From assembly GCA_965248265.1 (NCBI GenBank), contig CBDFJF010000002.1, positions 64,001-128,000 of the forward strand: DNA of 64,000 nt, written 5' to 3'. The position numbers and the translations under genes were made by a program. The stretch's first letter is position 1. Each line of letters opens with the position of its first letter. Source of the DNA: Candidatus Latescibacterota bacterium. GTDB taxonomy: Bacteria > Latescibacterota > UBA2968 > UBA8231. Shown piece by piece: positions 27,583 to 38,075 of the stretch. The notes under the pieces were generated by a model. That model did not search any database. It was not told where the DNA came from and worked only from the letters and a program-made list of their open reading frames with translations.

Positions 27583-30500
27583 AACTCGTCGAGTTCTCGA
27601 CTCACCGGCGGGTTACCGTGGCCATGCTCATGGTCGCCGTCATTGCTTTCGGTCTGGTCGGTTTTGAGCGACTAGCGCTCAATCTACTCCCTGACATAAC
27701 CTATCCCACCATTACCATCCGCACCGAGTACGAAGGTGCGGCGCCGCAGGAAGTGGAGCGTCTTCTTTCAGAGCCGATCGAGGGCCTGGTCGGCGTCGTC
27801 AACAACGTCCTGCGCGTCAGTTCAATCTCGCGGCCCGGATTATCCGACGTGATCGTCGAGTTCGCCTGGGGCACCGATATGAACTTTGCGTCGCTGGACA
27901 TCCGTGAGAAACTCGACATCGCCCAGCTTCCGCACGACGCCGGACGACCGGTGCTGCTGCGCTTCGATCCCTCACTCGATCCCGTCATGCGGGTGGCCCT
28001 GCACGGCGGCAAGAGCTTGATGGAATTGCGGCACATCGCCGAGGAGCGTCTACGTTTCGATCTGGAGAGTCTGGCGGGAGTGGCTGCCGTGAAGGTTGAG
28101 GGTGGTCATGAAGAGGAAATTCAGGTTGAAGTAGAGACCAAGAAGCTGGCGGATCTGGGTGTTCCGATCAACCAGGTCGTCGCTCGATTGGCGGCGGAAA
28201 ACGTCAACATGACCGGTGGCCTCCTCATAGACGGCGAAGCCGAATTCATGGTCCGCACGCTCAATGAGTTTGAGGACATCGATGACATCGGTGAGATCGT
28301 CGTCGCCAGCCTCGACGGTGCCGTCATCAAACTGAGCGATGTCGGCCGGGTACGACGCGGACACCGCGAGCTCGACGTGATCACGAGGGTCGACGGCCGT
28401 GAAGCCGTGGAACTGGCCATCTTCAAGGAAGGGGATGCCAACACGGTTCGCGTTCATGAGGTCGTCGTCGAGCGGTTGGATGCCTTCCGTGAAGATTACG
28501 GCGATCTGATGAGTAGCGGTACGGCGCTCGAAGTCATCGTCGACCAGGCTACCTTCATCCAGCAGGCTGTAAACGAGGTGCTGAAGACGGCTCTCGTCGG
28601 AGGCGTTCTGGCGGTTCTCCTGCTCTACCTCTTTCTGCGCAACTTGAAGAGCACGGCGATCATCAGCCTTTCGATACCGATTTCCGTGGTCGCGACGTTC
28701 TTTCTCATGTACGCCACGGATGTGAGTCTCAACATCATGTCGCTGGGTGGATTGGCTCTAGGTGTAGGCATGCTGGTGGACAGTTCCATCGTCGTTCTCG
28801 AGAGTGTCGAGCGCCGGCGGGCGGCGGGTCTGTCGGTGCTGGAAGCAGCGCGCACGGGAGCTGGCGAGGTGGGGCGGGCCGTGGTCGCGGCGACGGTCAC
28901 GACCGTCTGCGTGTTCCTGCCGATCGTTTTCGTGGAGGGCGTCGCAGGACAGCTGTTTCGAGACCAGGCACTCACCGTCACCTATTCCCTCACCGCGTCG
29001 CTATTCGTCGCACTGATGCTGATTCCGATGCTGTCGTCATGGAGTCTTCCCCGCGTCAGAGATGAAGGTGGGGTATCTGAGAGCACGGGCGTGCGGGCAC
29101 CGGCACTGGCGCTTCGGGGCTTCATCAAGCTGCTTTCCGCGCCCCTGATTGTCCTCGGTCTGATCATCAGGCCGCTCGCCTGGGTATTCGACGCCGTGTA
29201 CGCACGCTGCTCCCGACTGTACCCGCTGTGGTTGCAACATTGTCTGCACCGGCGGGTGTACACGCTGGGCGGATTCGCGCTGTTGTCGGCGCTGATCCTT
29301 CACCAATCGCGCGACCTGGGGCTGGAACTGATACCGGAGATGAGTCAGGGCGAGTTTCTGGTGAACCTGGAATGGCCGTCCGGCCAGCCCGTGGAGCAGA
29401 CCGCCACCACCGTCGCCGGTCTCGAGGCCGACATCCTCGGCCTGCCCGCGGTAGAAACCGTTTTCAGTCTGGTCGGCGCGACCGGAGAGACCGGTGGTTA
29501 CGCCGACGAGCAGCGCGAGAACCTGGCCCAGTTGTTCGTCCGGCTCAAAGCGGATGACCAGCGAGCTGGGATGACGGAGACTGAAGTCATAGAGCACGTA
29601 AGAGAATCCTTGTCATCAGTGCCCGACCTGAAGTTCGAATTCTCCCGACTCTCATACTTCTCATTTCGCACTCCGATCGAAGTTGAGGTTGCCGGCTACG
29701 ATCTGGCGACCCTGCGCCAGCTGACCGCGTCGCTGGTCTTGCGCATGGAGCAGATTCCAGGACTCGTCGACGTGAAGTCGTCTGCTGGGAGTGGTCAGCC
29801 AGAAGTACAGGTTCTCTTTGACCGCAACCGGGTCGCTGAGCTGGGCACAAGTATTCAGGCTATCGGGGATCTGTTGCGGCAGAAGCTTCAGGGCGAGGTG
29901 TCGACTGAACTCAAGCGCAAGGATCGACGGATAGACATTCGGGTCCGTGCTGTTGAGGAAGAGCGACGGGATCTGGCCGACCTGAAGGCTCTCATCGTCA
30001 GTCCCCCACAATTCCCCACCCCCGTGCCGCTCGATGCCATCGCCGACATTGCCATCGTCGAAGGGCCTGCCGAGATCCGCCGTTTAGACCAGGAGCGTGT
30101 AGCCCTGGTGACCGCCCACCTCGCCGGCCGTGATCTGGGAAGCGCCGTAGTCGAGATCGAGGCAACAGCCGCCCGCATGCCTTTGCCGGAAGGTTTCAGG
30201 ATTTCAGTGGGAGGTCAGAATGAGGAGATGGTGCGTTCCTTCGACAGCATGAAATTTGCCATCGCCCTGGCTGTCTTTCTGGTGTACCTGGTGATGGCCT
30301 CGCAGTTCGAATCCCTGCTCCATCCATTGGTAATCATGTTTACGATTCCCTTCGGACTCGTCGGCAGCGCGCTGTTTCTCACCCTCACGGGGCAGACGGT
30401 GAGTGTCGTCGTGCTGATAGGCGCTATCATGCTGGCTGGCATCGTCGTTAACAATGCGATTGTACTGATTGACCACATCAATCAACTACGACAGACCGGC

Positions 30501-30731
30501 ATGTCCAAGCTCCAGGCTGTACAGGAGGGCGCGCAACACCGTTTCCGGCCGATTCTGATGACGACCTCGACGACGGCCCTGGCGCTGTTGCCGATGGCAC
30601 TGGGGGCTGGCGACGGAGCGGAAATCAGGGCACCCATGGCCATAACCGTCGTCGGCGGCCTGCTGGTATCGACGGCGCTGACCCTCATCGTGGTGCCGGT
30701 CGTCTACGTCTCACTGGATCGTTCGAGATGA
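27579..30731 (+). CDS. RND efflux permease subunit 1 (AcrB/SwrC-like)
   Basis: 1050 aa; LNIMSLGGLALGVGMLVD, FESLLHP, GIVVNNAIVL and RPILMT. Confidence 0.95.
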   Translation: MKLVEFSTHRRVTVAMLMVAVIAFGLVGFERLALNLLPDITYPTITIRTEYEGAAPQEVERLLSEPIEGLVGVVNNVLRVSSISRPGLSDVIVEFAWGTDMNFASLDIREKLDIAQLPHDAGRPVLLRFDPSLDPVMRVALHGGKSLMELRHIAEERLRFDLESLAGVAAVKVEGGHEEEIQVEVETKKLADLGVPINQVVARLAAENVNMTGGLLIDGEAEFMVRTLNEFEDIDDIGEIVVASLDGAVIKLSDVGRVRRGHRELDVITRVDGREAVELAIFKEGDANTVRVHEVVVERLDAFREDYGDLMSSGTALEVIVDQATFIQQAVNEVLKTALVGGVLAVLLLYLFLRNLKSTAIISLSIPISVVATFFLMYATDVSLNIMSLGGLALGVGMLVDSSIVVLESVERRRAAGLSVLEAARTGAGEVGRAVVAATVTTVCVFLPIVFVEGVAGQLFRDQALTVTYSLTASLFVALMLIPMLSSWSLPRVRDEGGVSESTGVRAPALALRGFIKLLSAPLIVLGLIIRPLAWVFDAVYARCSRLYPLWLQHCLHRRVYTLGGFALLSALILHQSRDLGLELIPEMSQGEFLVNLEWPSGQPVEQTATTVAGLEADILGLPAVETVFSLVGATGETGGYADEQRENLAQLFVRLKADDQRAGMTETEVIEHVRESLSSVPDLKFEFSRLSYFSFRTPIEVEVAGYDLATLRQLTASLVLRMEQIPGLVDVKSSAGSGQPEVQVLFDRNRVAELGTSIQAIGDLLRQKLQGEVSTELKRKDRRIDIRVRAVEEERRDLADLKALIVSPPQFPTPVPLDAIADIAIVEGPAEIRRLDQERVALVTAHLAGRDLGSAVVEIEATAARMPLPEGFRISVGGQNEEMVRSFDSMKFAIALAVFLVYLVMASQFESLLHPLVIMFTIPFGLVGSALFLTLTGQTVSVVVLIGAIMLAGIVVNNAIVLIDHINQLRQTGMSKLQAVQEGAQHRFRPILMTTSTTALALLPMALGAGDGAEIRAPMAITVVGGLLVSTALTLIVVPVVYVSLDRSR

Positions 30732-33700
30732 TACTGGCAGAATTCGCCATCCGGCGTCCGGTGACCACGGCGATGGTTACCCTGAGCACGGTAGCGCTCG
30801 GTTTCATCGCCCTGCAGCGACTCCCCGTGGAAGAGCTGCCGAGCATCACATCCTCTTCGGTGACGGTCAGCGTCAACTATCCCTCTACTGCTCCGGGGGA
30901 GATCGAACGCGACGTCACGCTGCCGTTGGAGGAAGCCCTGGCGATTCTCCCGAACATCGAACGCATCAGCGCGACGTCCTCGGCCAACGGCTCCTCGGTC
31001 AGAGTGGAATTTGTCTCCGGCACCGACATGGATGCGGCTACGGTGCAGGTGCGCGACCGCGTCGACCAGGTTCGTGGTTCGTTACCAACCGAGATAGACC
31101 GGTTGCGGATTTTCCGCTGGCAAAGCGGCGAGCGCCCCATCGTCCACGCCAGCATCGCCTGGCGGGGGCTGGGGGATCGGCTGTCCGACGTCGTCGACAA
31201 GGTGGTGGTGCCGCGCTTATTGCGTCTGGACGGCGTCGTCGATGTATCCGTGGGGGGCGTGCGCGAGAAGCAGCTCATCGTCGAGCTGGATCAGGAGCGT
31301 CTGGAGAGCCTGGATGTGTCTGCTGCTGCCCTGAGGCGACAGGTTCGCGACAACAACGTGAACGTCTCACTCGGGCGTGTCGCCGAGGGTGGACGACGCT
31401 ATCAGGTCCGAGCCGTCGGTGAATTCCAGGATGTCGACGAAATCGGCAAACTGCCCGTTGCCGGCGGTCTGCTGCGCCTCGAGGATGCAGGCAGAGTCTC
31501 TTACGACTATCCGGAAAAGACGAACTTCCGTCGTCTCAACGGCTCCGACGCGGTGACGGTCGAGGTCCACAAGTCATCGACCCAGAACGTCGTGGAGGTG
31601 GCTCGTCGTGTGCGGGAGGCGTTGAACGCCATCGAATCCGAGTACGACGGACGGCTCGACATCGAAATCATCCGTGACCGCTCACAGCGCGTGTTGACGC
31701 AGTTGAGCAATCTCACCGACACCGCCCTTATCGGTGGCATGCTCGCCATCGGCATCATCTTCCTGTTCTTGCGCAGCATCCGGAGCACGCTCGTTATCGC
31801 GGTGGCGATACCGGTTTCCGTGTTCGTCGTCTTCGTCGGGATGTACGTCGCGCGCGAGATGTTCGAGTCGTCGATCACCCTGAACATGGTGTCGATGATG
31901 GGGTTGATGCTCGCCGTGGGCATGCTGGTCGACCCGGCCGTGGTCACGCTGGAAAGCATATTTCGCCGCAGTCAGGAGCAGTCTCCAGGCAAAGAGGATC
32001 CGGTGCGAGCCGCTCTCGACGGCAGTCGCGAGATCGGCATGGCCGTGATCGCGTCGACGCTGACGACGATGTGCGTCTTCATTCCGTTTTTCTTTCTCTC
32101 CAGCGGTCGCATGGCGCAGTGGATGAGGGACGCGGGCTTGACCATTTGTCTGGCCGTGTTCGTGTCGATGGTCGTGTCACTGGCGCTCATCCCACTATCC
32201 TCCTCACGCCTTCTGGACCGGAGTTTCGACCGTTACGACCGCTGGATTGGAGGGCTTCTCATCGCCGCCGCTGGAGCCGTTCTCAGCTGGAAGCTCTACG
32301 GCATGGGCATAGCCCAGGCGCTGAAGGGTCTGTCTGTCTGGGGAGCGCGGGTGTCATCGGCCTTCACCGGCATGGAATGGAGGACGGCAACCGCACTCAT
32401 CGCTGCCGCGGTCGTGATCGCCGTCCTCATCCGTCACATCCGGCGCTACGGGTTCAGGAAATCCTACGGCCGTTTGCTTGGCTGGACCCTGGCCCATCGT
32501 TTCTGGGTCATGCTCCTTACCGCCGCCACGCTCGGCCTGGCCTACTATCTATCCGAGCAGATCGAGCAACAGGGCACGCCCTGGCAACCCGAGCGCCGTG
32601 TCGATATTACCGTGGAAATAGAGCGCAGCTATGGACTGGATGAAGTACAGGCGATGTTCGAGCAGATGGAAGAGGCGCTGCTCAGTCAGCGGGATCGATT
32701 CGATATCGAGTCGCTGTCGTCACGCTTCAGCCGTGGGAATGGGCGGCTGACTGCCCGGTTGGTGGATGCGGACGAAGGCAATCTGACGTCGATGGAAGCG
32801 GGACGAAAGATCCGTGGCGTCCTGCCGTCGATCGTGGGTGTCAACTACAAACTCGGGCGTCAGCGCAGCTGGTCAGGTCCTCAGTTGGGTGTGGAAGTGC
32901 AGTTGAAGGGTCTTGATGTGTCCGTACTGGAGGTATTGGCAGAGGAGATCAGCATCAGCTTATCACGGTTGCCCGGCGTCCAGGATGTCGACACCAGTCT
33001 GGAGGACGGCGACGAAGAGATCCGGGTGCAGGTCAACGGTGAGCAGGCCTTGAGTCACGGTCTGTCCACCCGCGACGTGGCCACGTCGATCGCGGCCGCG
33101 TTGGGCACCAGGCGTGCCTCGACGTTCAAGGCGGCCGATCGAGAGATCGATGTGGTTCTGCAGCTGGAAGAGGAGGATCGTGTCAGTCTCGAGCAGCTAA
33201 AGAACACGCCATTCCAGGGCCAGGGTGGCACCAAAGTACCCCTGGCAACGCTGGCCGATTTTCAGGTTCGCGAAGGGCCGAGGAGTCTGCAGCGCGAAGA
33301 TCGCCAGCACACCCTGACCGTATTCGCCAACACGGAAAGCCGTAAGCAGGCGATGCGGTTGATCCGGACCATCGAGGGCATGATGGAAGAGATTCCACTG
33401 CCGGCGGGATACACCTGGCAGATGGGCAGAGCCGCGCGTTGGATGCGGCAGGATGTACAGGAAGGCAACTTCACTTTGTTATTCGCGCTGCTGTTGATCT
33501 ACCTGATCATGGCGTCTCTGTTCGAGTCGCTCGTTCATCCCTTCACCATCATGCTTTCCATTCCGTTTTCCCTGATCGGGGTGTATCTCGGGTTGTACGC
33601 GCTGGATGTGCCATTGGACAACAATGGAGTTACCGGACTGTTGATTCTGTTCGGTATCGTCGTCAACAACGGCATCGTCCTGGTCGACCACATCAACCAA

Positions 33701-34018
33701 CACCGCCGACAAGGCATGTCCCGTGAGCTGGCGATAATCCAGGGCGGTCAGAATCGCCTCAGACCCATCGTCATGACGGCGGCGACGACGGTGCTGAACT
33801 TGATGCCCCTTGTGCTGCCTATGGTGTACGGCACCTCCGAAGGCTTTGCTCGTCGCTGGGGTCCGGTTGGCCTGGTTGTTTCCTGCGGGCTGGCCAGCTC
33901 AACTGTTTTGACGCTCATACTGGCACCCACGCTCTACTCTCTGATGGATGATCTGGCCGTGTGGATGCGGCGAGTCGCGAGCCGTAGCACACGCACGCAC
34001 ACCAACCACATGAATTGA
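30728..34018 (+). CDS. RND efflux permease subunit 2
   Basis: 1096 aa; AVGMLVD, FESLVHP, GIVVNNGIVL and RLRPIVMT; ATGA overlap with the previous gene. Confidence 0.95.
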   Translation: MILAEFAIRRPVTTAMVTLSTVALGFIALQRLPVEELPSITSSSVTVSVNYPSTAPGEIERDVTLPLEEALAILPNIERISATSSANGSSVRVEFVSGTDMDAATVQVRDRVDQVRGSLPTEIDRLRIFRWQSGERPIVHASIAWRGLGDRLSDVVDKVVVPRLLRLDGVVDVSVGGVREKQLIVELDQERLESLDVSAAALRRQVRDNNVNVSLGRVAEGGRRYQVRAVGEFQDVDEIGKLPVAGGLLRLEDAGRVSYDYPEKTNFRRLNGSDAVTVEVHKSSTQNVVEVARRVREALNAIESEYDGRLDIEIIRDRSQRVLTQLSNLTDTALIGGMLAIGIIFLFLRSIRSTLVIAVAIPVSVFVVFVGMYVAREMFESSITLNMVSMMGLMLAVGMLVDPAVVTLESIFRRSQEQSPGKEDPVRAALDGSREIGMAVIASTLTTMCVFIPFFFLSSGRMAQWMRDAGLTICLAVFVSMVVSLALIPLSSSRLLDRSFDRYDRWIGGLLIAAAGAVLSWKLYGMGIAQALKGLSVWGARVSSAFTGMEWRTATALIAAAVVIAVLIRHIRRYGFRKSYGRLLGWTLAHRFWVMLLTAATLGLAYYLSEQIEQQGTPWQPERRVDITVEIERSYGLDEVQAMFEQMEEALLSQRDRFDIESLSSRFSRGNGRLTARLVDADEGNLTSMEAGRKIRGVLPSIVGVNYKLGRQRSWSGPQLGVEVQLKGLDVSVLEVLAEEISISLSRLPGVQDVDTSLEDGDEEIRVQVNGEQALSHGLSTRDVATSIAAALGTRRASTFKAADREIDVVLQLEEEDRVSLEQLKNTPFQGQGGTKVPLATLADFQVREGPRSLQREDRQHTLTVFANTESRKQAMRLIRTIEGMMEEIPLPAGYTWQMGRAARWMRQDVQEGNFTLLFALLLIYLIMASLFESLVHPFTIMLSIPFSLIGVYLGLYALDVPLDNNGVTGLLILFGIVVNNGIVLVDHINQHRRQGMSRELAIIQGGQNRLRPIVMTAATTVLNLMPLVLPMVYGTSEGFARRWGPVGLVVSCGLASSTVLTLILAPTLYSLMDDLAVWMRRVASRSTRTHTNHMN

Positions 34019-34025
34019 GGATGCC

Positions 34026-35411
34026 ATGTCGCGCCTCGGAGTCGTCCTATTCGCAGTTACTACCGGGTGGACGGTCATGCACCCATCACCGGTTTCATCA
34101 GAAACGCTGAGCCTGGCCGACTGCATCGAACGAGCCCTCGAACACAACACCCAGGTGCGCGTCTCCGAGGAAGGTGTGAGACGATCGCACGCTGAGGTGC
34201 GATCGGCGCGGGCTTCGCGGTTGCCGGCCTCCGCCACCGCGTTTGGCTTCAGCCGCTCGCGTACCGGGTCTTCGGTGCGGGTTCAGGAGAATCCCACGGG
34301 TGATGTGGATCCCGTGACTGGCCAGCGTATTCTGCGGGAGGAGGAGACGCTGATCCCCGGCATAGATCGCAATAGTTTTGCCCTCAGCACATCGATCAGC
34401 TACACGATTTTCGATGGCGGCAGCAGCCGTTTTACGCACAGAGCATCGAAACAAACTCTAGCGGGCGCGGAGATGGATCTGGAAGCAAGTCGCGCCGCGA
34501 TACGCTTTGCCGTCAAGGAGCGATACTTCGCGCTGCTGCGGGCCGGACATTTGCTCGAGGTGGACGAAGAGGCGTTGAGGCTGAGCGAAAAACGTCTGGA
34601 GGAAGTGAAGGCCAAGCTGGAGGTCGGCGTGGGCACCAGGAGTGATGTGCTGCGTCTGAGTGTGGCCTCGGACAACGCCCAGGCGGATTTGATTGAGGGC
34701 GAGCAGGCCGTCGTTCTGGCACAAGCCAATCTCAATCACATCATCGGTGACGTGATTGCCGCACCGATCGAGATTGTTCCGCACCAAGGGGCTGCACCGG
34801 AAGCAGAGCAGGCGCTGGGGCTGTCCACCGAGTTGATTGCGCGAGCCCTGCAGCGCAATCCGGAGGTACTGCAACAGCGTCATGCTGTTCAAGCTGCCGA
34901 GAGTGATCTGCGTTCGGCGCGCGGCGCTCACTACCCTCGCCTGACCAGCAATCTCTCCTACAGCCGCACCAATGAGACCTTCGATCGAGTGTACGGCGAA
35001 CTCGACAAGAACTACCGTCTCAACGGCGGCGTGTCGCTGACCCACGAGCTCTTCGACGGCGGCACCAGGAGGGCGCGTGTGGAGCGTTCGCAGGCAGCGC
35101 TGCAGATTGCACGTATGCAGCTGGACCAACGGAACCGGGACATCGAGCTGGCCGTGGAAACCGCCCATCTCAACGTCATCCGCTTGGCCAAGCTCTTGCG
35201 TCTGGCGGAGGGAACGGTGCAGCTGGCTCGAGAGGATCTACGACTCGCGGAAGAGCGCTACAACGTGGGCATGGGCAGGTTGCTCGAGGTGCTGGACGCC
35301 CAGGTCGGATTCACGCAGGCACGTAGCGATGAGGTGCGCATTCGCTATGATCTGACCATCGCTCTGGCGGACCTGGACAGGTTGACGGGAAGCGACCTCC
35401 AGAGTGATTGA
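34026..35411 (+). CDS. TolC-family outer-membrane efflux protein
   Basis: LSL.DCIERALEHN, two OEP-like repeats (IFDGG, LFDGG) and RYNVG..LEVLDAQ. Confidence 0.92.
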   Translation: MSRLGVVLFAVTTGWTVMHPSPVSSETLSLADCIERALEHNTQVRVSEEGVRRSHAEVRSARASRLPASATAFGFSRSRTGSSVRVQENPTGDVDPVTGQRILREEETLIPGIDRNSFALSTSISYTIFDGGSSRFTHRASKQTLAGAEMDLEASRAAIRFAVKERYFALLRAGHLLEVDEEALRLSEKRLEEVKAKLEVGVGTRSDVLRLSVASDNAQADLIEGEQAVVLAQANLNHIIGDVIAAPIEIVPHQGAAPEAEQALGLSTELIARALQRNPEVLQQRHAVQAAESDLRSARGAHYPRLTSNLSYSRTNETFDRVYGELDKNYRLNGGVSLTHELFDGGTRRARVERSQAALQIARMQLDQRNRDIELAVETAHLNVIRLAKLLRLAEGTVQLAREDLRLAEERYNVGMGRLLEVLDAQVGFTQARSDEVRIRYDLTIALADLDRLTGSDLQSD

Positions 35412-35417
35412 TGGATG

Positions 35418-35464
35418 AAAAAGAGGCCGAACGCGGGTCCCCCATCTACCCACACTCGGCCTCT
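35418..35464 (-). terminator. Putative intrinsic terminator of the 35517..36335 gene
   Basis: Stem AGAGGCCGA (35422-35430) with TCGGCCTCT (35456-35464), followed by a U-run on the minus strand. Confidence 0.5.
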
Positions 35465-35516
35465 CCGAGCTGGCTTGTGGCTTAAGGCTGGCCGCGCTGG
35501 TATCGGTACGTACCCG

Positions 35517-36335
35517 CTACATGTCGCTGGTATTCACGTCGACGAAGCGCACGGTGACCGAGCCGTCAGGCGATCCACCAATGGCCTGGATGTGATAGAC
35601 GGTGCCGGGTCCGCCGTCGAGCATCAAGGCGTCGAACGCCTCTTTCCCCATCGAAGTATCCCAGATCACGCTGCCATCCATCGCAACGATCTGGAAATCG
35701 ATGTGACCGCGGAGTGCCTCGATACCGAAACAGCCAGCACCGCGACCTTCCGGCAAGGTGATGGCGGCCATGTCAAAGCCTTCCATGTTGCAGATCGTGC
35801 GGAAGACGAGGTTACCATCTCGATCGCCGCAGGGAAAGCCCTCCTCCTGAGGATCCATTTCCTGCTCCTGAAGCTCAGCAGAGCATTCCGGCGGATGAGG
35901 AAGACCGGCCAACTCGGGATCCCCTTCGTGCAGTCCGCCCATCTCTTCGGGAGGCGGGCCTTCGCCCATAGGATCACCCATGTCCGGATCCATGTCCGGA
36001 TCCATGTCGGGATCCATCGCAGGGTCCATGTCGGGATCCATCATTTCTTCAGGAGGAGGCATGTGGAAGTGCCGTACCCAGGCCATGAAATCCTCCTTGT
36101 CGACGACACCGTCAGGGCCGGCCAGGACGTCGAAGAACATGTCCAAGCCCTCTTCGGGAGTCGTCGGCATCGGCGTACCCTCGGGAGGCTCCACGCCTTC
36201 AGGTGGGCCGAGTACGACTTCCGGCCCGTGAGGACCATCACCCTCCATCATCTCCGGTGGGGGATCTCCTTGCGCCATGGCTGGTACAGCCATGAAAGCC
36301 GTGATACAGGCGAGCATGCACAGTCTGACTAGCAT
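35517..36335 (-). CDS. Secreted acidic Met/Pro-rich protein with an EF-hand-like loop and MDPD repeats
   Basis: Signal peptide ending AMA, FDVLAGPDGVVDKEDF, (MDPD)x5 and a Cys-containing beta-rich C-terminal domain; GGAG SD upstream. Confidence 0.75.
   Translation of the reverse strand: MLVRLCMLACITAFMAVPAMAQGDPPPEMMEGDGPHGPEVVLGPPEGVEPPEGTPMPTTPEEGLDMFFDVLAGPDGVVDKEDFMAWVRHFHMPPPEEMMDPDMDPAMDPDMDPDMDPDMGDPMGEGPPPEEMGGLHEGDPELAGLPHPPECSAELQEQEMDPQEEGFPCGDRDGNLVFRTICNMEGFDMAAITLPEGRGAGCFGIEALRGHIDFQIVAMDGSVIWDTSMGKEAFDALMLDGGPGTVYHIQAIGGSPDGSVTVRFVDVNTSDM
35982..36041 (-). repeat. Five 12-nt tandem repeats encoding MDP(D/A)
   Basis: ATGGATCC(C/G)GAC-like unit repeated five times, in frame. 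Confidence 0.9.
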
Positions 36336-36715
36336 ATCAACTCTCCGTTAATTGGTGCCAGCGCCTCTGGGGCGGACGACCTAGACAACCATACGTACTC
36401 AGTGCCCACAAACTGTGTGCAATATCACAGAGCGCCGGAACCGGTCCACGTGGCTGCATGAGCCTACATATATACGAAATCAGTCACCGGCAGGCCACGA
36501 TTTTTCGGGTGGCCTCAACAGCCGCCTGTGATGGTCCCCTGAATGGGCGGTAACTGTATATCACACAATGTAGTTACGGCAAGAGACTGGAATTGCTACG
36601 CCAACTCGGGACCCTTACATTGTAGCAAGTTCGGTGCGTTTCGTTTACGCCTGACGGCAACCTTGATAGCACCAGATCGGGTGAAATTTTCTTTCCTGTA
36701 ACTGGAGATTCAACC

Positions 36716-37975
36716 GTGGAAGCGCTAGGTGGGTCCATGTTCTCGGTCGCCGGGGCCGGAGAATCGCACGGGCCCGCAATCACGACGATCGTCTGTGGCT
36801 GTCCTCCGGGGTTGAAGCTGTCGCGAGAGCAGGTCCAGGCGTTTCTCGACCGACGCCGTCCCGGCAGCAACAAGCTGGGTACACCCAGGCGGGAGGCTGA
36901 CAAGGTGGTCTTCCTCTCGGGGCTTTTCACGGAAGATCATGAGGTCCTGCTTGCCGCCTCTCGCATCACGACAACGGTAGATGGGGTGGACTCGGAAGCG
37001 ACCACCTTTGAGCAGGGATACACCACTGGGGAACCAATCGCGGCCATCGTTCTATCCGCCGCCAAGCGTTCAACCGACTACGATCAGCTTGCAGGGCCTC
37101 AAGGCTCGGTGCGCCCGGGACATACTGACCTGGTCAAACATTACCAGTCGCGAGGATTCACGGATCCGCGGGGTGGGGGACGTTCCAGCTACCGCTCGAC
37201 GACCACTGACGTCATCGGTGGCTCGATCGCGCGTTTGTTCCTGGCGGAGCATTTCGACACCGCGTTCCTGTCCTCCATTTGCCGTGTGGGTCCTCTTGAA
37301 GCTTCGGTTTCCCTGGCCGATCACGTCGAACAGGTGTCGTTGCAGCAAGCGGTCGGCGAAGACCGCCGCGTCCCGCTGGCTGAAATCGAAAAGCTGCAGC
37401 AGCGACTGTCAGCAGGTGAGCTGCACACCATCGACGAGGCCTTTGAGAGCGAAGCCGCTGCCCTGATCAGCGAAACCCGCAAGCAAGGGGATTCCATTGG
37501 AGCCGCCATCGAAGTTGTCGGTGTCAACGTTCCGTCCCTCATCGGAGAGCCGTTGTATCAGAGCCTGAAGCTGCGACTGATGGGCACCTTGGGAGGGCTA
37601 CACGCCGTGCAATCGTGCGAGATGGGCTCCGGCCTGGATGTGGTGGCTCGCAAAGGCAGCGAGAACAACGATCCGATTCGCTCGAGTGGCTACAGCAGCA
37701 ATCATCACGGCGGTCTCATCGGCGGAATCACGACGGGGATGCCGATCGCTTTCCGTGTCGGGTTCAAGCCGACGTCGACGATCAAGTTGCCGCAGAAGTC
37801 GATTCGCAAGGATCTCGAGGAGATCGACTTCGAGATCAAGCGTGGACGCCACGATCCGTGTCTGGGTGTCCGCGCCGGCGTGACACTGGAGTCGCGCATG
37901 GCGATCGAGGTCATGGATGCCGTATTGAGCCACCAAGCGAAGCGAGTGAATCCGGATCACTTCAGTTTGTTCTGA
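36716..37975 (+). CDS. aroC: Chorismate synthase (divergent)
   Basis: GESHG, RRRPG, TTGEPI, RPGHTD, RGGGRSS.R, GGITTG, FKPTSTI and GRHDPC. Confidence 0.9.
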   Translation: MEALGGSMFSVAGAGESHGPAITTIVCGCPPGLKLSREQVQAFLDRRRPGSNKLGTPRREADKVVFLSGLFTEDHEVLLAASRITTTVDGVDSEATTFEQGYTTGEPIAAIVLSAAKRSTDYDQLAGPQGSVRPGHTDLVKHYQSRGFTDPRGGGRSSYRSTTTDVIGGSIARLFLAEHFDTAFLSSICRVGPLEASVSLADHVEQVSLQQAVGEDRRVPLAEIEKLQQRLSAGELHTIDEAFESEAAALISETRKQGDSIGAAIEVVGVNVPSLIGEPLYQSLKLRLMGTLGGLHAVQSCEMGSGLDVVARKGSENNDPIRSSGYSSNHHGGLIGGITTGMPIAFRVGFKPTSTIKLPQKSIRKDLEEIDFEIKRGRHDPCLGVRAGVTLESRMAIEVMDAVLSHQAKRVNPDHFSLF

Positions 37976-38075
37976 ATCAATCACATGCACTTCAACCGGC
38001 CAGGTACACTAAGCTGAGCTTGAGAGTAGTGCTGCGTGTGCGCATGGGTGTGGACACAGCTACAGGTAGGTAGCC

